Source of the DNA: Octopus sinensis
Taxonomy: Eukaryota
Direction: 5' to 3'
DNA: 64,000 nt
Assembly: GCF_006345805.1 (NCBI RefSeq)
Contig: NC_042997.1
Span: 177,010,001 to 177,074,000 of the forward strand
In this document: piece by piece, positions 10,991 to 24,735 of the stretch
How the letters are laid out: each line of letters starts with the position of its first letter
How positions within the stretch are numbered: position 1 is the stretch's first letter
Notes under the pieces: model-generated
The model's database searches: none
Seen by the model: the letters and a program-made list of their open reading frames with translations, nothing else
Told to the model about the DNA's origin: nothing
Program-made: the position numbers and the translations under genes

Positions 10991-13170
10991 GCGTGTGTGT
11001 GTGTGTGTGTGTGCGCATTTATATCTGAGAGGTGAAGTGTTATTTCCGTTGGTCTGCTGGACCCCCTGTGGTTTTATAAGAACTTTGGCTGTCCATTTCA
11101 ATGTCACTGAGTGTGTGTGTGCATAGGTTGGCCTGGCAAATGTCATTTGGGGTCACACTTTCTATGATCAATTCTGTGGAGGTGTGTGTGTGTGTGTGTC
11201 TCTGTGTGTCTGTGTGTGTTTTGTGTGTGTGTGGTGTATGTGTGTGTGTGTGTGTGTCTGTGTGTTTGGAGAAGGGGAGAGAGACAAAAAGAGAAAAGGG
11301 AAAATAAAAATAATAATAATAAAATAAAAAAATTAAAAAAATTAAAAAAATTAAATAAAATAAAAATAAAAACAAAAAATAAAAATAAAATAAAAAAATA
11401 TAAAGAATAAATAAAAATATAAAGATAAAAATAAAAAAATAAAAATAAAAATAAAAATAAAAATAAGGGAGGAAGTGGAGAAGAAAAAAATTTTTGTGTG
11501 TTGATATTATACCAACACATATATATACACACACACAGACTTATACATAAAATATTTGAAAAAACCTTTTTATCGGTTCAAAATGAACAACCAAATTATA
11601 CCATCTTGAAAGTTGTATGTCATAGGAAAGTTAAAACTAAAGTGACAATTAAAGGGTAAAGATGGAAGTGAATTATAAAGATAATAATATAATATGATGT
11701 ATATAACAGGCAATACACACATCTACACACACACAGATTTTTCCTTCAATGTATGTTGAGTAAAGTTTCAGCCATTTAATTTGGGGGAGAACTTAGCTAT
11801 GAAATGTTTTTCCATATTCCTCCTGAAGGGGGTGTCATTCTTCGGACACTTGTAGAAGGGAAATATCTTAAATTTTCCTTCTCCACATGTAGCTAGGTGT
11901 TGGCTTAGTGGTATTTTGCGTAGTTCTTCCTGCCGAATATGTTGTCGGTGGATCCTGGCTCGCTGGCACAAAGAATTACCAGTTTCTCCTACGTAATTCT
12001 CCTTGCATGTGGGGCAGGTTATGCAGTATATGACGTTCTGCGTCTTGCAGTTCATATCTGCATTTACTTTGAATATGACGCCATTTTTAAATCTTATCTC
12101 TCTGTTGCTCTCTATGTATTTGTAGGTGGGGTTGCTGCAGGTCCCACATCTACCATCTCCGCACTCTTTTGCAAAGAATTCCGTTTAGTTTCTGAAGAGA
12201 ATTTCGCTCTTGTTAGGTGTTTTTTTAGGTTTTGTCCTGTCGTCTACTGTTTTTTATGCTATATTTGTTTAATATGTTTTCATTTTGGGGCTCTGTAAGG
12301 CTATTGGTAGGTTGAATGTATGGTTTGGAAGATGTTGGTAACTCCAGGGTTGTGTGTGTTTATAAAAGGGATAGTGTTTTCTTTGTTTTTTGTTTTGGGT
12401 GTCCTGAGTTGTGTGATGTCTAGTTTTAATGCTCTTGTGATTCCATTTTCTATTAGTTTAAGGGGGTATTTTTGCTCTAGGAGGAAGCTTTTGAGTTCAT
12501 CTAGTCTTATTAATCGTATTTGTGAATCAGTTACTATGCTACATATTCGTCGTGCCATACTATATGGGATGTTTCTTTTTGTGTGGGATGGGTGGCAGGA
12601 GTGGAAAATTAAGTATTGATGTGTGTCAGTTTTTTTGTAGTGGATGTCTGTTGTGACGATGGAGTTGTGTATTTTGATGTTGATGTCTAGGAAGGGAAGT
12701 TCGTTGTGGCTGGTATCTATTGTGAAATTGATAGATGGGTGCAGCGTATTGAGGATGTGTGGAATGTTGTAGGTCCTCTTCTGATCTGTTCCAAAAGATG
12801 AAACATCATCGAGGTAGCGTTTCCACTTTTTTTGATGTCTTCTCTGAAGTCGTGTTCGAAGACTTTCCCTATTTCGTCATATAGTTTTTTCTCCAGGAAG
12901 CCCATCACTAGGTTGGCATATGAAGGTGCGAATTTTGTACCCATAGCCGTGCCTTTTATCTGTCGGTATGTCTTGTTGTTGAATGAGAATGTGTTTTCTT
13001 CTAGTATTAGTTGGGTGGCTTGGGTATAAAGTTTGTCTTGAAGCGTTCATCTATAAGTTTCTCTGTATTTTTCTATTGATTGTTTTATAGCTCTAGACCT
13101 AGGGTGTGTGGTATGTTTGTGTATGATGTGACATCAAAGCTGCAAGTATGGTGTTTTTCGGGACTGTATT
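10745..13170 (-). mobile_element. Neptune-type Penelope element, 5'-truncated (left arm of palindrome)
   Basis: SFDVT..YTNIPH, GTAMGTKFAPSYANL, RYLDD, CGDGRCGTC Zn linker, NCKTQNVIYCITCPTCKENYVGETG GIY-YIG; ~1 kb 3' region with (CA)n and T-rich tracts ending at (TA)n. Confidence 0.95.
11768..12055 (-). pseudogene. GIY-YIG endonuclease domain of the Penelope element
   Basis: ORF NVIYCITCPTCKENYVGETGNSLCQRARIHRQHI...QHLATC...MEKHFIAKFSPKLN; upstream frame broken by indels. Confidence 0.9.
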
Positions 13171-13173
13171 TGG

Positions 13174-15585
13174 AATACAGTCCCGAAAAACACCATACTT
13201 GCAAGCTTTGATGTCACAAATCTATACACAAACATACCACACACCTAGGTCTAGAAGCTATAAAACAATCAATAGAAAAATACAGAGAACTTATAGATGA
13301 ACGCTTCAAGACAAACTTTATCACCCAAGCCACCCAACTAATACTAGAAGAAAACACATTCCATTCAACAACAAGACATACCGACAGATAAAAGGCACGG
13401 CTATGGGTACAAAATTCGCACCTTCATATGCCAACCTAGTGATGGGCTCCTGGAGAAAAAACTATATGACGAAATAGGAAAGTCTTCGAACACGACTTCA
13501 GAGAAGACATCAAAAAAAAGTGGAAACGCTACCTCGATGACTGTTCATCTTTGGAACAGAATCAGAAGAGGACCTACAAACATTCACCAACATCCTCAAT
13601 ACGCTGCACCCATCTATCAATTCACAATAGATACCAGCCACAACGAACTTCCTTCCTAGACATCAACATCAAAATACACAACTCCATCGTCACAACGACA
13701 TCCACTACAAAAAAACTGACACACATCAATACTTAAATTTCCACTCCTGCCACCCATCCACACAAAAAGAACATCCCATATAGTATGGCACGACGAATAT
13801 GTAGCATAGTAACTGATTCACAAATACGATTAATAAGACTAGATGAACTCAAAAAGCTTCCTCCTAGAGCAAAAATACCCCCTTAAACTAATAGAAAATG
13901 GAATCACAAGAGCATTAAAACTAGACATCACACAACTCAGGACACCCAAAAAAAAAACAAAAAAAACACTATCCCTTTTATAAACACACACAACCCTGGA
14001 GTTACCAACATCTTCCAAACCATACATTCAAACTACCAATAGCCTTACAGAGCCCCAAAATGAAAAACATATTAAACAAATATAGCATAAAAAACAGTAG
14101 ACGACAGGACAAAAACCTAAAAAAACACCTAACAAGAGCGAAATTCTCTTCAGAAACTAAAACGGAATTCTTTGCAAAAGAGTGCGGAGATGGTAGATGT
14201 GGACCTGCAGCAACCCCACCTACAAATACATAGAGAGCACAGAGAGATAAAGATTTAAAAATGGTGTCATATTCAAAGTAAATGCAGATATGAACGCAAG
14301 ACGCAGAACGTCATATACTGCAAACCTGCCCCACATGCAAGGAGAATTACGTAGGAGAAACTGGTAATTCTTTGTGCCAGCGAGCCAGGATCCACCGACA
14401 ACATATTCGGCAGGAAAAGAACTACGCAAAATACCACTAAGCAAACCTAGCTACATGTGGAGAAGGAAAATTTAAGATATTTCCCTTCTACAAGTGTCGA
14501 GAATGACACCCCCTTCAGGAGGAATATGGAAAAACATTTCATAGCTAAGTTCTCCCCCAATTAAATGGCTGAAACTTTACTCAACATACATTGAAGGAAA
14601 AATCTGTGTGTGTGTAGATGTGTGTATTGCCTGTTATATACATCATATTATATTATTATCTTTATAATTCACTTCCATCTTTACCCTTTAATTGTCACTT
14701 TAGTTTTAACTTCCTATGAATACACTTTCAAGATGGTATAATTTGGTTGTTCATTTTGAACCGATATAAAAAGGTTTTTTCAAATATTTTATGTATAAGT
14801 CTGTGTGTGTGTATATATATGTGTTGGTATAAATATCAACACACAAAAATATTTTTTCTTCTCACTTCCTCCTTATTTTATTTTTATTTTATTTTTATTT
14901 TATTTTTTATTCTTTATATTTTTATTTATTCTTTATATTTTTTTATTTTATTTTTTATTTTTTGTTTTTATTTTATTTTATTTTATTTTTTTAATTTTTT
15001 TAATTTTTTATTTTTATTATTATTATTTTTATTTTCCCTTTTCTCTTTTTGTCTCTCTCCCCTTCTCCAAACACACAGACACACACACACACACATACAC
15101 ACACACACACACAAAAACACACACAGACACACAGAGACACACACACACACACACCTCCACAGAATGATCATAGAAAGTGTGACCCCAAATGACATTTGCC
15201 AGGCCAACCTATGCACAACACACACTCAGTGACATTGAAATGGACAGCCAAAGTTCTTATAAAACCACAGGGGGTCCAGCAGACCAACGGAAATAACACT
15301 TCTTCACTCTCAGATATAAATGCGCACACACACACACACACACGCACACACACACACACACACACATACCACATATTTTCTCTCTGCCTCACTTCCTCCT
15401 CAACCACTACTACGAAACTATTAAAAAGGTTCAAACTACCCACAACTGATTTGATTTGAAAACCCACTAGAATGGGAGCAAGCGCTAATCCGAATGATAT
15501 GATATATATGTAAAAATGTAATATATAAATAAATATCTACAAATATGAACCATCTGATCTGATTACCTCAATTTTTCTAAATATA
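13174..15585 (+). mobile_element. Neptune-type Penelope element (right arm; inverted copy of 10745-13170)
   Basis: Reverse complement of the left arm throughout; NTVPKNTILASFDVTNLYTNIPH begins at the apex. Confidence 0.95.
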
Positions 15586-15612
15586 AATACCTGTAATCAT
15601 CTCCAAACCTTC

Positions 15613-15718
<106 letters not shown>

Positions 15719-15783
15719 ATATATAATATAATAGTGGATATCATAATAATAATAATAATAACAATAATAATAATGATAATAAT

Positions 15784-16344
15784 AAAATGCCCTGATGCAG
15801 TACCAGACAGTGGTTCTCATGGCTTCTGATCTTAACTGATTGGAAGTGTTATCATGTACATTGTTTTGTCTTGGTACAAAAGATGGGCTACAGCAAATAT
15901 TCTGCTCAATACCACAGATTTGCTTGTCAGTTGTTTGACCATAACCAGTTGAGCATGTTCCTTAGAGGCTGACGATATGTGCATCTCTGATCACGAGCAA
16001 AAGTAGTGGGGGGGGGCATCATAGCCGTATGTTGAAAGGAATTCTTTAGGGTTTGAATAATTCACCTTTGGAAACATGGGTGTTTCGTTCAACATCTTTA
16101 AACAACCCTTATTCAGGGACCTTTTGAGCAAGGTGGGTTACTCGACCAGAAGAAAATTCTACCTGGGCCCCACCTGCAAGGTCATGCGCTGTTTATCTTG
16201 ATATGAGATCACTATGTCGCGCACATATGGTTGTGATGCATGTGCCTGGTGTACCCTTATCAGACGGGTAGTCATGATGGGTATACTGGGCTTCGTATAT
16301 TATACCCCAGTGTCTCTTTGATGGCATGCACTGCTCTCTCATTC

Positions 16345-16345
<1 letters not shown>
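15784..16345 (+). mobile_element. ~560-bp non-coding retroelement-like repeat flanked by (AAT)n on both sides
   Basis: AAAATGCCCTGATGCAGTACC...GCACTGCTCTCTCATTCA-(ATA)n; further copies at 50044-50723, 50803-51369, 40704-40806, 40874-40977. Confidence 0.85.
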
Positions 16346-16402
<57 letters not shown>

Positions 16403-16561
16403 GGGAATATAATTCCAAACTTACAGGGAAAAATTCAATTTAGTAATACTAAATCAAATTTCACAGTATATAATATATGTCTATAAATTAGAGAAGAACC
16501 AGCATGTATATAAATTAGAGAACTCTGAAATTGCTACCCACCATTTTTAGCCAAACAACGG

Positions 16562-16601
<40 letters not shown>

Positions 16602-16721
16602 ACACACACACATATATATATATATAAATATATACATGTATATATGGTATGATTTAAATATAACATTGTTGAATTGCTACATGGTGGTTCTTCTTTAATT
16701 AATATACATATACATACAAAC

Positions 16722-16761
<40 letters not shown>

Positions 16762-16986
16762 ACACCACACACATAATACATACACACACACATATATCGT
16801 GAAGTATATATGCCACTTACATGTAGGTGACCAAAATTGGACGATGCTACTGTTGTTTATAGCCCCAGGAAGACATCTCTGCCAGCTAGCTAACGACACA
16901 CCTCACTCATAGATTTATTATTGCTATACATACATACATACATAAATACATACATACATACATACATACATACATACATACATACA

Positions 16987-17019
<33 letters not shown>

Positions 17020-17559
17020 TTATATATATATCTTTGCACATCCAACTTATATGCGTTGTTATGAACGCCATAGTTTCTAAACGAGAAGATTTCTCCAGAA
17101 ATCCCCTTGTATAGATGTTACATTCTAATGAAGCACAGATTACACCGGCAGACGAACATTTCATCAAAAATAAGTTAAGTTGGGTGTGCAAATAAATATT
17201 CATCAGAAAAACTGATTTCGTCGGAAATAACTAATTGACACACAGCCTGCCAGCTTTTAGCGAAGTCAATGACGGCTTAGTCAGTGTTAAACTATATCGG
17301 TTTCATGGATCTGACATATGGTGGTTCTCGTCGTTGAAGAGGCACAATTTACACCGAAATCACGTGATACAGCAGTCCCATCCCCCGGTGCTGATGAAAA
17401 TTTCGTCTGCAGACGTAAGTTCTGTTTTTTTTTCTCTTTAGCACGTAACGTCTATAGGAGTTAATTTTGGAAGACGATTGTCGCAGTCTATATATATATA
17501 TATATATATGTTGTTGTATTTATATATATATATATATGTTGTTGTATTTAGGAATGGTC

Positions 17560-17756
17560 ATGTTGCCATTTTAGCCAATAATATTACATGCACCATAGGT
17601 GCTAGTTTGCTTCAGCTTTATATATTTTTGAACTTAATTATAATCTTATTTCGGCCAGAGTTCTTTCGTCACACTTCTTTGACCTCATCAGGGTCCTTTG
17701 CTTCTTCTTTTTTATTTGTGTGTCTTTCCTTACTAACGGTCAGCCATTTTGTATTG

Positions 17757-17760
<4 letters not shown>
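17560..17760 (-). mobile_element. PLE pseudo-LTR-like fragment with hammerhead ribozyme core, between (TA)n tracts
   Basis: Minus strand CTGATGA-GGTCA...TGGCC-GAAA (17691-17649). Confidence 0.6.
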
Positions 17761-17799
<39 letters not shown>

Positions 17800-17820
17800 A
17801 TATATGTGTATGGTATATAC

Positions 17821-17854
<34 letters not shown>

Positions 17855-17864
17855 GTATGTGTAT

Positions 17865-17900
<36 letters not shown>

Positions 17901-18316
17901 ATATATACACACATATATACCTTCACAATTGCATTTCGACTTAAGTAATTTTACTTTTGTGTCATTATGTATAAATATATCCTGAGAGTCTTACACACCC
18001 ACGTATATCGGAATGTATAAGTTGCAAATTATATGGAAATATATTTCACGGCGTACAATTATTATCCGATATAGAAATCAATATATTGCGTAGAGAGAAT
18101 ACATATGTTTATTATACCAACAACTGACAGAAATTTCATCTGAGTTTTGTCCTAGGCAGAAGTTTCAAGGCTGTCGGGAACAGCTTAGCATGTCTGTATG
18201 TATGCATGTATGTGTATATGTATGTATGCTTCTTATAGCGTGTAAAATTACCTGTTAAAAGTAGTTTCTCCTGTGTTTAAATGTATACTATATTATATAT
18301 TATTTTATATTATATC

Positions 18317-18354
<38 letters not shown>

Positions 18355-18365
18355 TACATGCATAT

Positions 18366-18547
18366 GCTGTGTGATAAAAGAAGCTTGCTTCTCAACCACA
18401 TGATTCCAGCTTCAGTTCTACTGTGTCGCACCTTGGGCAAGTGCCTTCTTCTATAGCCTCGGGCCGACTAAAGACTTATGAGTGGATTTGGTAGGGAAAA
18501 CTGAGAGAAGCCTGTTGTATATATATATTTATATACATATATACACA

Positions 18548-18625
<78 letters not shown>

Positions 18626-18805
18626 TGCGTCTTTGTCTGTGTTTGACACCCCTCACCGCTTTATAACCGGCGTTGGTGTATTTGCATCCCTGTAACCTAG
18701 CGGTTCGGCAAAAGAGACCGATAAAATAAGTACCAAGTTCAATAAAAAGAAGTACTGGGATCGATTTATTCAACTAAACGCCCTCCAAGGTGGTGCCCGA
18801 ATGAA
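18366..18805 (+). mobile_element. CORE-type tRNA SINE (family B) with internal (TA)n(TG)n; tail piece repeated at 19000-19065
   Basis: GCACCTTGGGCAAGTGCCTTCTTCTATAGCC CORE-like segment; GTGAGTGGATTTGGTAG; tail GCGGTTCGGCAAAAGAGACCGAT. Confidence 0.85.
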
Positions 18806-19075
18806 ATACATTGTCTACGAGAAAAGACTAAGATCAAGAAAGTTTCAACCATGACTATCCCGTTTCATTATGAAATTTGGAGTATTCTCCTTCAGGTTCG
18901 ACAATGCATTTGTTTTACTTGTTCGAGTGACTGGATTCCTCTCTAATATGAAATTACCGCCTGAATGTTCCACAGACAGCTGTAACTGGGGTTGATTCAT
19001 TTGACTAAAATTATTCAAGGTGGTGCCCCAGCATGGCTGCAGTCTAATGACTGAAACAAATAAATAAGATGAGGA

Positions 19076-19107
<32 letters not shown>

Positions 19108-19971
19108 CGGTTTTTTGTGTGTTCTTAAATGGCTTATATATATATATATAAATGAGAATTTTTTTTGGAAAATGCACCTGAACGCAATGATAATAGAAAA
19201 AAAAAGCCCCAAACTTCTTTTACTCTGTTCTTTTCTTATTTCCCTCTCTTGTCCATGTATTCTATAATAACTCAGTAAGACCGAACTTTTGGTTATTCAC
19301 GTCTTTTATATTCTTCGCCGATGATTTTTGATACTATCTACCCCTGTCATTGAATTTTATGAACATTTAATCATTTAAACATATTTTCTACTACGTAATT
19401 TTAAATTGTTAAAATCCCATTGTTTTATATACGTTTATACCATTGATAAATAAAAAAAAATGTTGAAACTAATTAAGTATGTATGTAAATGAATTTATTT
19501 AAAAACAATCACTATTTTTTCTAATTCAGGTGCGTTTTCAAAAACAAATTCTCCCATTTATTTTCCTTCTTTCCATATATCATGTTTCTTTGTCTACCCG
19601 TCTATGAATGTATGCATGTATGTATGATTTTTCTTTGAGTTTAATTTGATTTGTTGAGAGAGTTCAAGCCCGTCGCTAACAAAGCTTCAAGATTTTGAGC
19701 TAAGAGAATTCCCGGTGTTTCTAAACATATATTTGAGTTGCTGTGTTGATTAAACTGTCAATACATCCACCCAATTGCGTGAATCTATTCACATAAGAAT
19801 ATCAGATACAGAATGTTTGGGATGTCTTACAAATCTTCACAGTGCCACTAATAGATTCGATTTGGAGAATTCAAGTCAGTTTCTTTTGGTCTTTTTTCGT
19901 GAAGCTTAGTATTTTTAGGTTTTTATTCTAATTTGGTAGTATATACCTAATTCACTTTTGATGATAGGTAT

Positions 19972-20086
<115 letters not shown>

Positions 20087-20429
20087 AAGGTAGATCGGTT
20101 GGAAGGTGATATTATATTAACATATAGGTGATGATTAATCTTTTATTCACCACAGAACAATGCAAATAAAAAAGATTACGATATTTGGGATTGTACAAGC
20201 ATACACATTTATCTATCTACACCATACACACAAACACACGCACACATATTGAGAAAAAGAAGGCAGTCAGAATTTTGGATAATTCTTTATTAGTGCGTCC
20301 GTTCGTTTATTGAACTCGTTATTTTGAGGCATTCGGTAAACGAACGAAAGCATTAATAAAGAATTATCCAAAATTCTAATTGCCTCATATTTCTGAATTT
20401 ACAATATGTGTACACCACTTCAAACACTC

Positions 20430-20690
20430 TATACATACATACATACATACATACATACATACATACATACATACATACATACATACATACATACATACAT
20501 ACATGCATGCATGCATCCATGCATACATACATACATACATACATACATACATACATACATACATACATACATACATACATAATACATACATGCATACATG
20601 TATGCACGCATACATACATACATACATACATACATACATACATACATACATGCATGCATACATACATACATACATACATACATACATACA

Positions 20691-20722
<32 letters not shown>
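20430..20722. repeat. (TACA)n microsatellite
   Basis: Direct reading. Confidence 0.95.
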
Positions 20723-20723
<1 letters not shown>

Positions 20724-21087
20724 GTCTGTGCGTACACAAGTATAGAATGTAGTAATGCCTGAAACCTTATAGATTTATCATGCAGTCGTTGGATTCGAAA
20801 TGATGGGATAAGAGGTGGGTTTGTTGGCAAGAATATGAAAAAAGAGTTGACTTCGAGAAGAAAAGACTTGGTGTAAATGCGTAGATATATATAAATATGT
20901 ATACCAAAAAAGGAAAGAAAATATGGAAGATATGAATTTACGAATGTAAAAAGATGTTGTGAGAATCAAAAGAAAGGATGACTGTAAATTATTGAGCATA
21001 TAGGAGACGAAGAGGGTTTAAAATTTCTTTTTATGAATGGTAATAGAAAAAGTGTGCAAGATAGCTAAACTATGGAAAGTATATAAT

Positions 21088-21562
21088 TTACTCTTTTACT
21101 TCTTTCAGTCATTTGACTGCTGCCATGCTGAAGCACCGCCTTTAGTCGAGAAAATCGACCCCCAAGACTTATTCTTTGGAAGCTTAGTACTTATTCTGTC
21201 GATCTCTTTTGCCGAACCGCTATGTTACGGGGACGTAAACACACCACCATCGGTTGTCAAGCGATGTTGGTGGGGACAAACAGACACACAAACATATACA
21301 CACACATGCACACACACACACGCACGCACGCACACACACACACACACACAAACACACAAACACACACACACACACACACACACACGCATATATATATACA
21401 TATATACGACAAGCTTCTTTTCAGTTTCCGTCTACCAAATCCACTCACAAGGCTTTGGTCTGCCCGAGGCTATAGTAGAAGGCACTTGCCCAAAGTGCCA
21501 CACAGTGGGAATGAACCCGGAACCATGTGGTTGGTAAGCAAACTACTTACCACACAGTCACT
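21088..21562 (-). mobile_element. CORE-type SINE family B, full length
   Basis: Head, CORE, internal (TA)/(TG) tract and tail GACTGAAAGAAGTAAAAGAGTA in reverse complement. Confidence 0.9.
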
Positions 21563-22422
21563 ATTTAAAATCTTTAATAAAAAAATGTAAGTGGTGCATA
21601 AAGATCGTCGAATATTATTATTCAGAGGAAAATCAACCGATTTAATAGCTTCCGGTAGATAATTACAAAGGAATTGTTTATAAGTATGTTTGCCGGGACT
21701 TAAAGGTTTTGGTCTGTCGTTTAATGCATCGTTTCTTGCAATAAAATACAAACTTCTTTACGAACACTTTACAATACAAGTTTGATTCGAAGGATCTATG
21801 CGAATACAGTACAATATTTAATTCTAAATGCAGTTGCATTACTTTTTGTAGAGAAACAAATATACTTTGTAGTTAAACTTCTATAAAGCTTAAACATAAT
21901 ATTGTCACGTTGTTGCATTTTAGCATAACAAATTGATGAATTGATTTTATGGAGGCAATTGCTGTTGGCAGGCCAATTATTTAGAGGAATGAACTTACGT
22001 GTAAGGAAGACACAGAATTATTGATATTGCAGAGTGCTATTAAATCGGAATGGTTAAGTGGGAAAATAAAATTTTTACAGTAAGTATAGGTAAGTTTGAA
22101 TTTATGATTCGTCGCAAGTGGAAAGAAATTTAAATTATGAATTATTTGGCAATATTTACTTTCAAGCTAAAAGCTAGATTGTACCATAGCATATTTCGTC
22201 TTTTATTTTTCTGATTTGTAACAGCCTGGACGATTATATATATATATATATATATATATTAGAGGGAAACCACTATGTGGACGCCCTTATGTTAGAAATA
22301 GATCCGCTATGGTCTTACCACTAAGAAATGTTCTGAAGAAAAATTAGCAAAATAACCAAACGTAATCGAGCAAGACAAAAGTAAAGGAAATAAAATTTTA
22401 AATAAATTTTAAATAAATTTTA

Positions 22423-22521
<99 letters not shown>

Positions 22522-23470
22522 TTATATATATTATAATATATATATAAATTTATCTCAGACGCTATCATTACTGAAGCCTAATTGAGAAACGCTGACGAAC
22601 GTTAATTGAATACAGGTTAGTGACAGAATATTGGGCTGGTCATTAAAATTCATATTAAAGTAAAATAATTTTAAATTAGATTTTTGATGCAAATAGAAGG
22701 TATTTGTATGTCAGTTTAAAGTGATATAAAAAAAAAATAAGAATAGTATGAACTGCAATTCTCATCTCTATATCTTTAAAGAATTTCATAAGATCTTTTC
22801 TTATTTTATATAATTCATGACCAAATATACGGCTTGAGAAAAGTGTCAGTCGTATCTTCTACGGTGAGTAAGGTACAAAAATTTAAAAGAAAAATGCCTT
22901 AGATAAAAATCCTATTATATTTGCTTTGTTCAGTTTATTGTTAGCTTCCAAGGTAGACATTAAACAATTTGTCCAAATGCATTTAAAAACTGAAAATGAA
23001 TTATTTCGGAATAAGCTGCACCATATACACATGAATTTAGTTAAAGATCGTACGGACTAAACGAATGAACTGATCATTCAAATTCATGCAGAAACGCTTC
23101 TGAATAGTTAGTTTGCAATTATCAACTCGCCAAACGTTTCAATTCGTGTCTCAACAATTGGATTTTCGCTGAGATATTTTGACACATTTCTCGGCTTCTT
23201 CCGTTGAAAATTTCAAATACTTCATCATTGTATTTTTAATTTTTCAAACTACTTCCTTTAAACAGTTTAACAGTCTTGCTTATGCGCACTTTCCATCTCG
23301 TTTCTTTCTAAATATAAAAATTCTTTTATCCTTTATAATTTACTTTTATTTTCATTTCCCTTTCTTTTGCAGAAATCGCTCTTTTCCTTTGTATTTAAAT
23401 ATTTACGCATGATTTAATGTCGGCGTATTTTTAAAGATCCTATCATTCTATTATTTCCAACACACACACA

Positions 23471-23531
<61 letters not shown>

Positions 23532-23916
23532 CTAGCAGTATCGCCCGGCGTTGCTCGGGTTTGTTTCGAACCTTTAGAATTGGAATTTTTGAAAAGTAAA
23601 AATTTTGCATTATGTAGCTTGTTATTCTCTTTAAGTGAACATTTTTCTGGTTGAAATACACCGAAAAATGGCGACAGAGCAGTAAAAAAAATCGTAAAAA
23701 ATAGGGATTTTCATAGAAAAAAAGCACCTTTTTGATGTAAATAATTTTTGGTGTTAACATGGTCCAATTTGAATTTTATCTTCTACGGAATGAAGAGCAA
23801 GCTTTCTATCATACTCTCAATTTTGTTAACTTGCGCCGCAGGGTCTCGGAGGAGATAGTGTTAGTTGAAAGCTACCAAACCTGACATACACAGACAACTT
23901 CAGCTTTATATAGAGA
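23532..23916 (-). mobile_element. Complete non-autonomous Helitron (385 bp)
   Basis: Minus strand A|TCTCTATATAAAGCTGAAG 5' end; 3' hairpin CCCGAGCAACGCCGGGC then GATACTGCTAG|T; A/T insertion, no TSD. Confidence 0.8.
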
Positions 23917-24248
23917 TTTACGAATTTACACTGATTTCTCTCTCTCACTTATTTCTTCTCTGTTGTAACCGTCAAATGCCACTCTCCTTTTCTTTGTTTT
24001 GTACACAACGATTATATGATCAAATACGAAGGTCTCTTGTTTCCCTTATTTAATAAATATTACCTTACTATTTCCATAACTCTCCTTCATGCCTTTTTAC
24101 ACCATTATTAACTTCTACTTTCCATAATCGTCTGATCATCGGAACCGAGAAACCAAATAAAGAGTAATGATTTGTGAATTTTCAACTTCCAATCAATTAT
24201 ATATAACTCAGGTTACAGAACAGTATTCTGTCTTCTACTTCTAAAGTT

Positions 24249-24348
<100 letters not shown>

Positions 24349-24409
24349 GCTAGCTAGCTAGCTAGCTAGCTACACAAACGCGTGTACATGCACACATAAA
24401 ACATATCTG

Positions 24410-24531
24410 TGTGCCTGTTCATCTGCCTCTGTCTTTGTCACCCTCTTTCTTTCTCTTTATCATTACATATACGTATTTCTCTATCATCTATTCATATCAT
24501 CCATATGTTAATATATACATACACACACACA

Positions 24532-24604
<73 letters not shown>

Positions 24605-24692
24605 TATATATATATATATCTATATATATATATATATATCATATATATATATAATATATATATATATATATAATATATTATATATATATATC

Positions 24693-24723
<31 letters not shown>

Positions 24724-24735
24724 ATATTATATATA
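24410..24735. repeat. Long (TA)n-rich tract, preceded by (TCTA)n(GCTA)n at 24250-24372
   Basis: Direct reading. Confidence 0.9.

Noticed and set aside
11768-14560. Naiad-type selenoprotein PLE
   Set aside because: Endonuclease is C-terminal to RT and no conserved in-frame TGA or SECIS was evident
15460-15500. Hammerhead in the palindrome's 3' region (CTAGAATGGG...TCCGAAT)
   Set aside because: Position is plausible, but both core boxes are non-canonical in both arms
20780-21060. Purine-rich possible LINE remnant
   Set aside because: No diagnostic motif found; left unannotated
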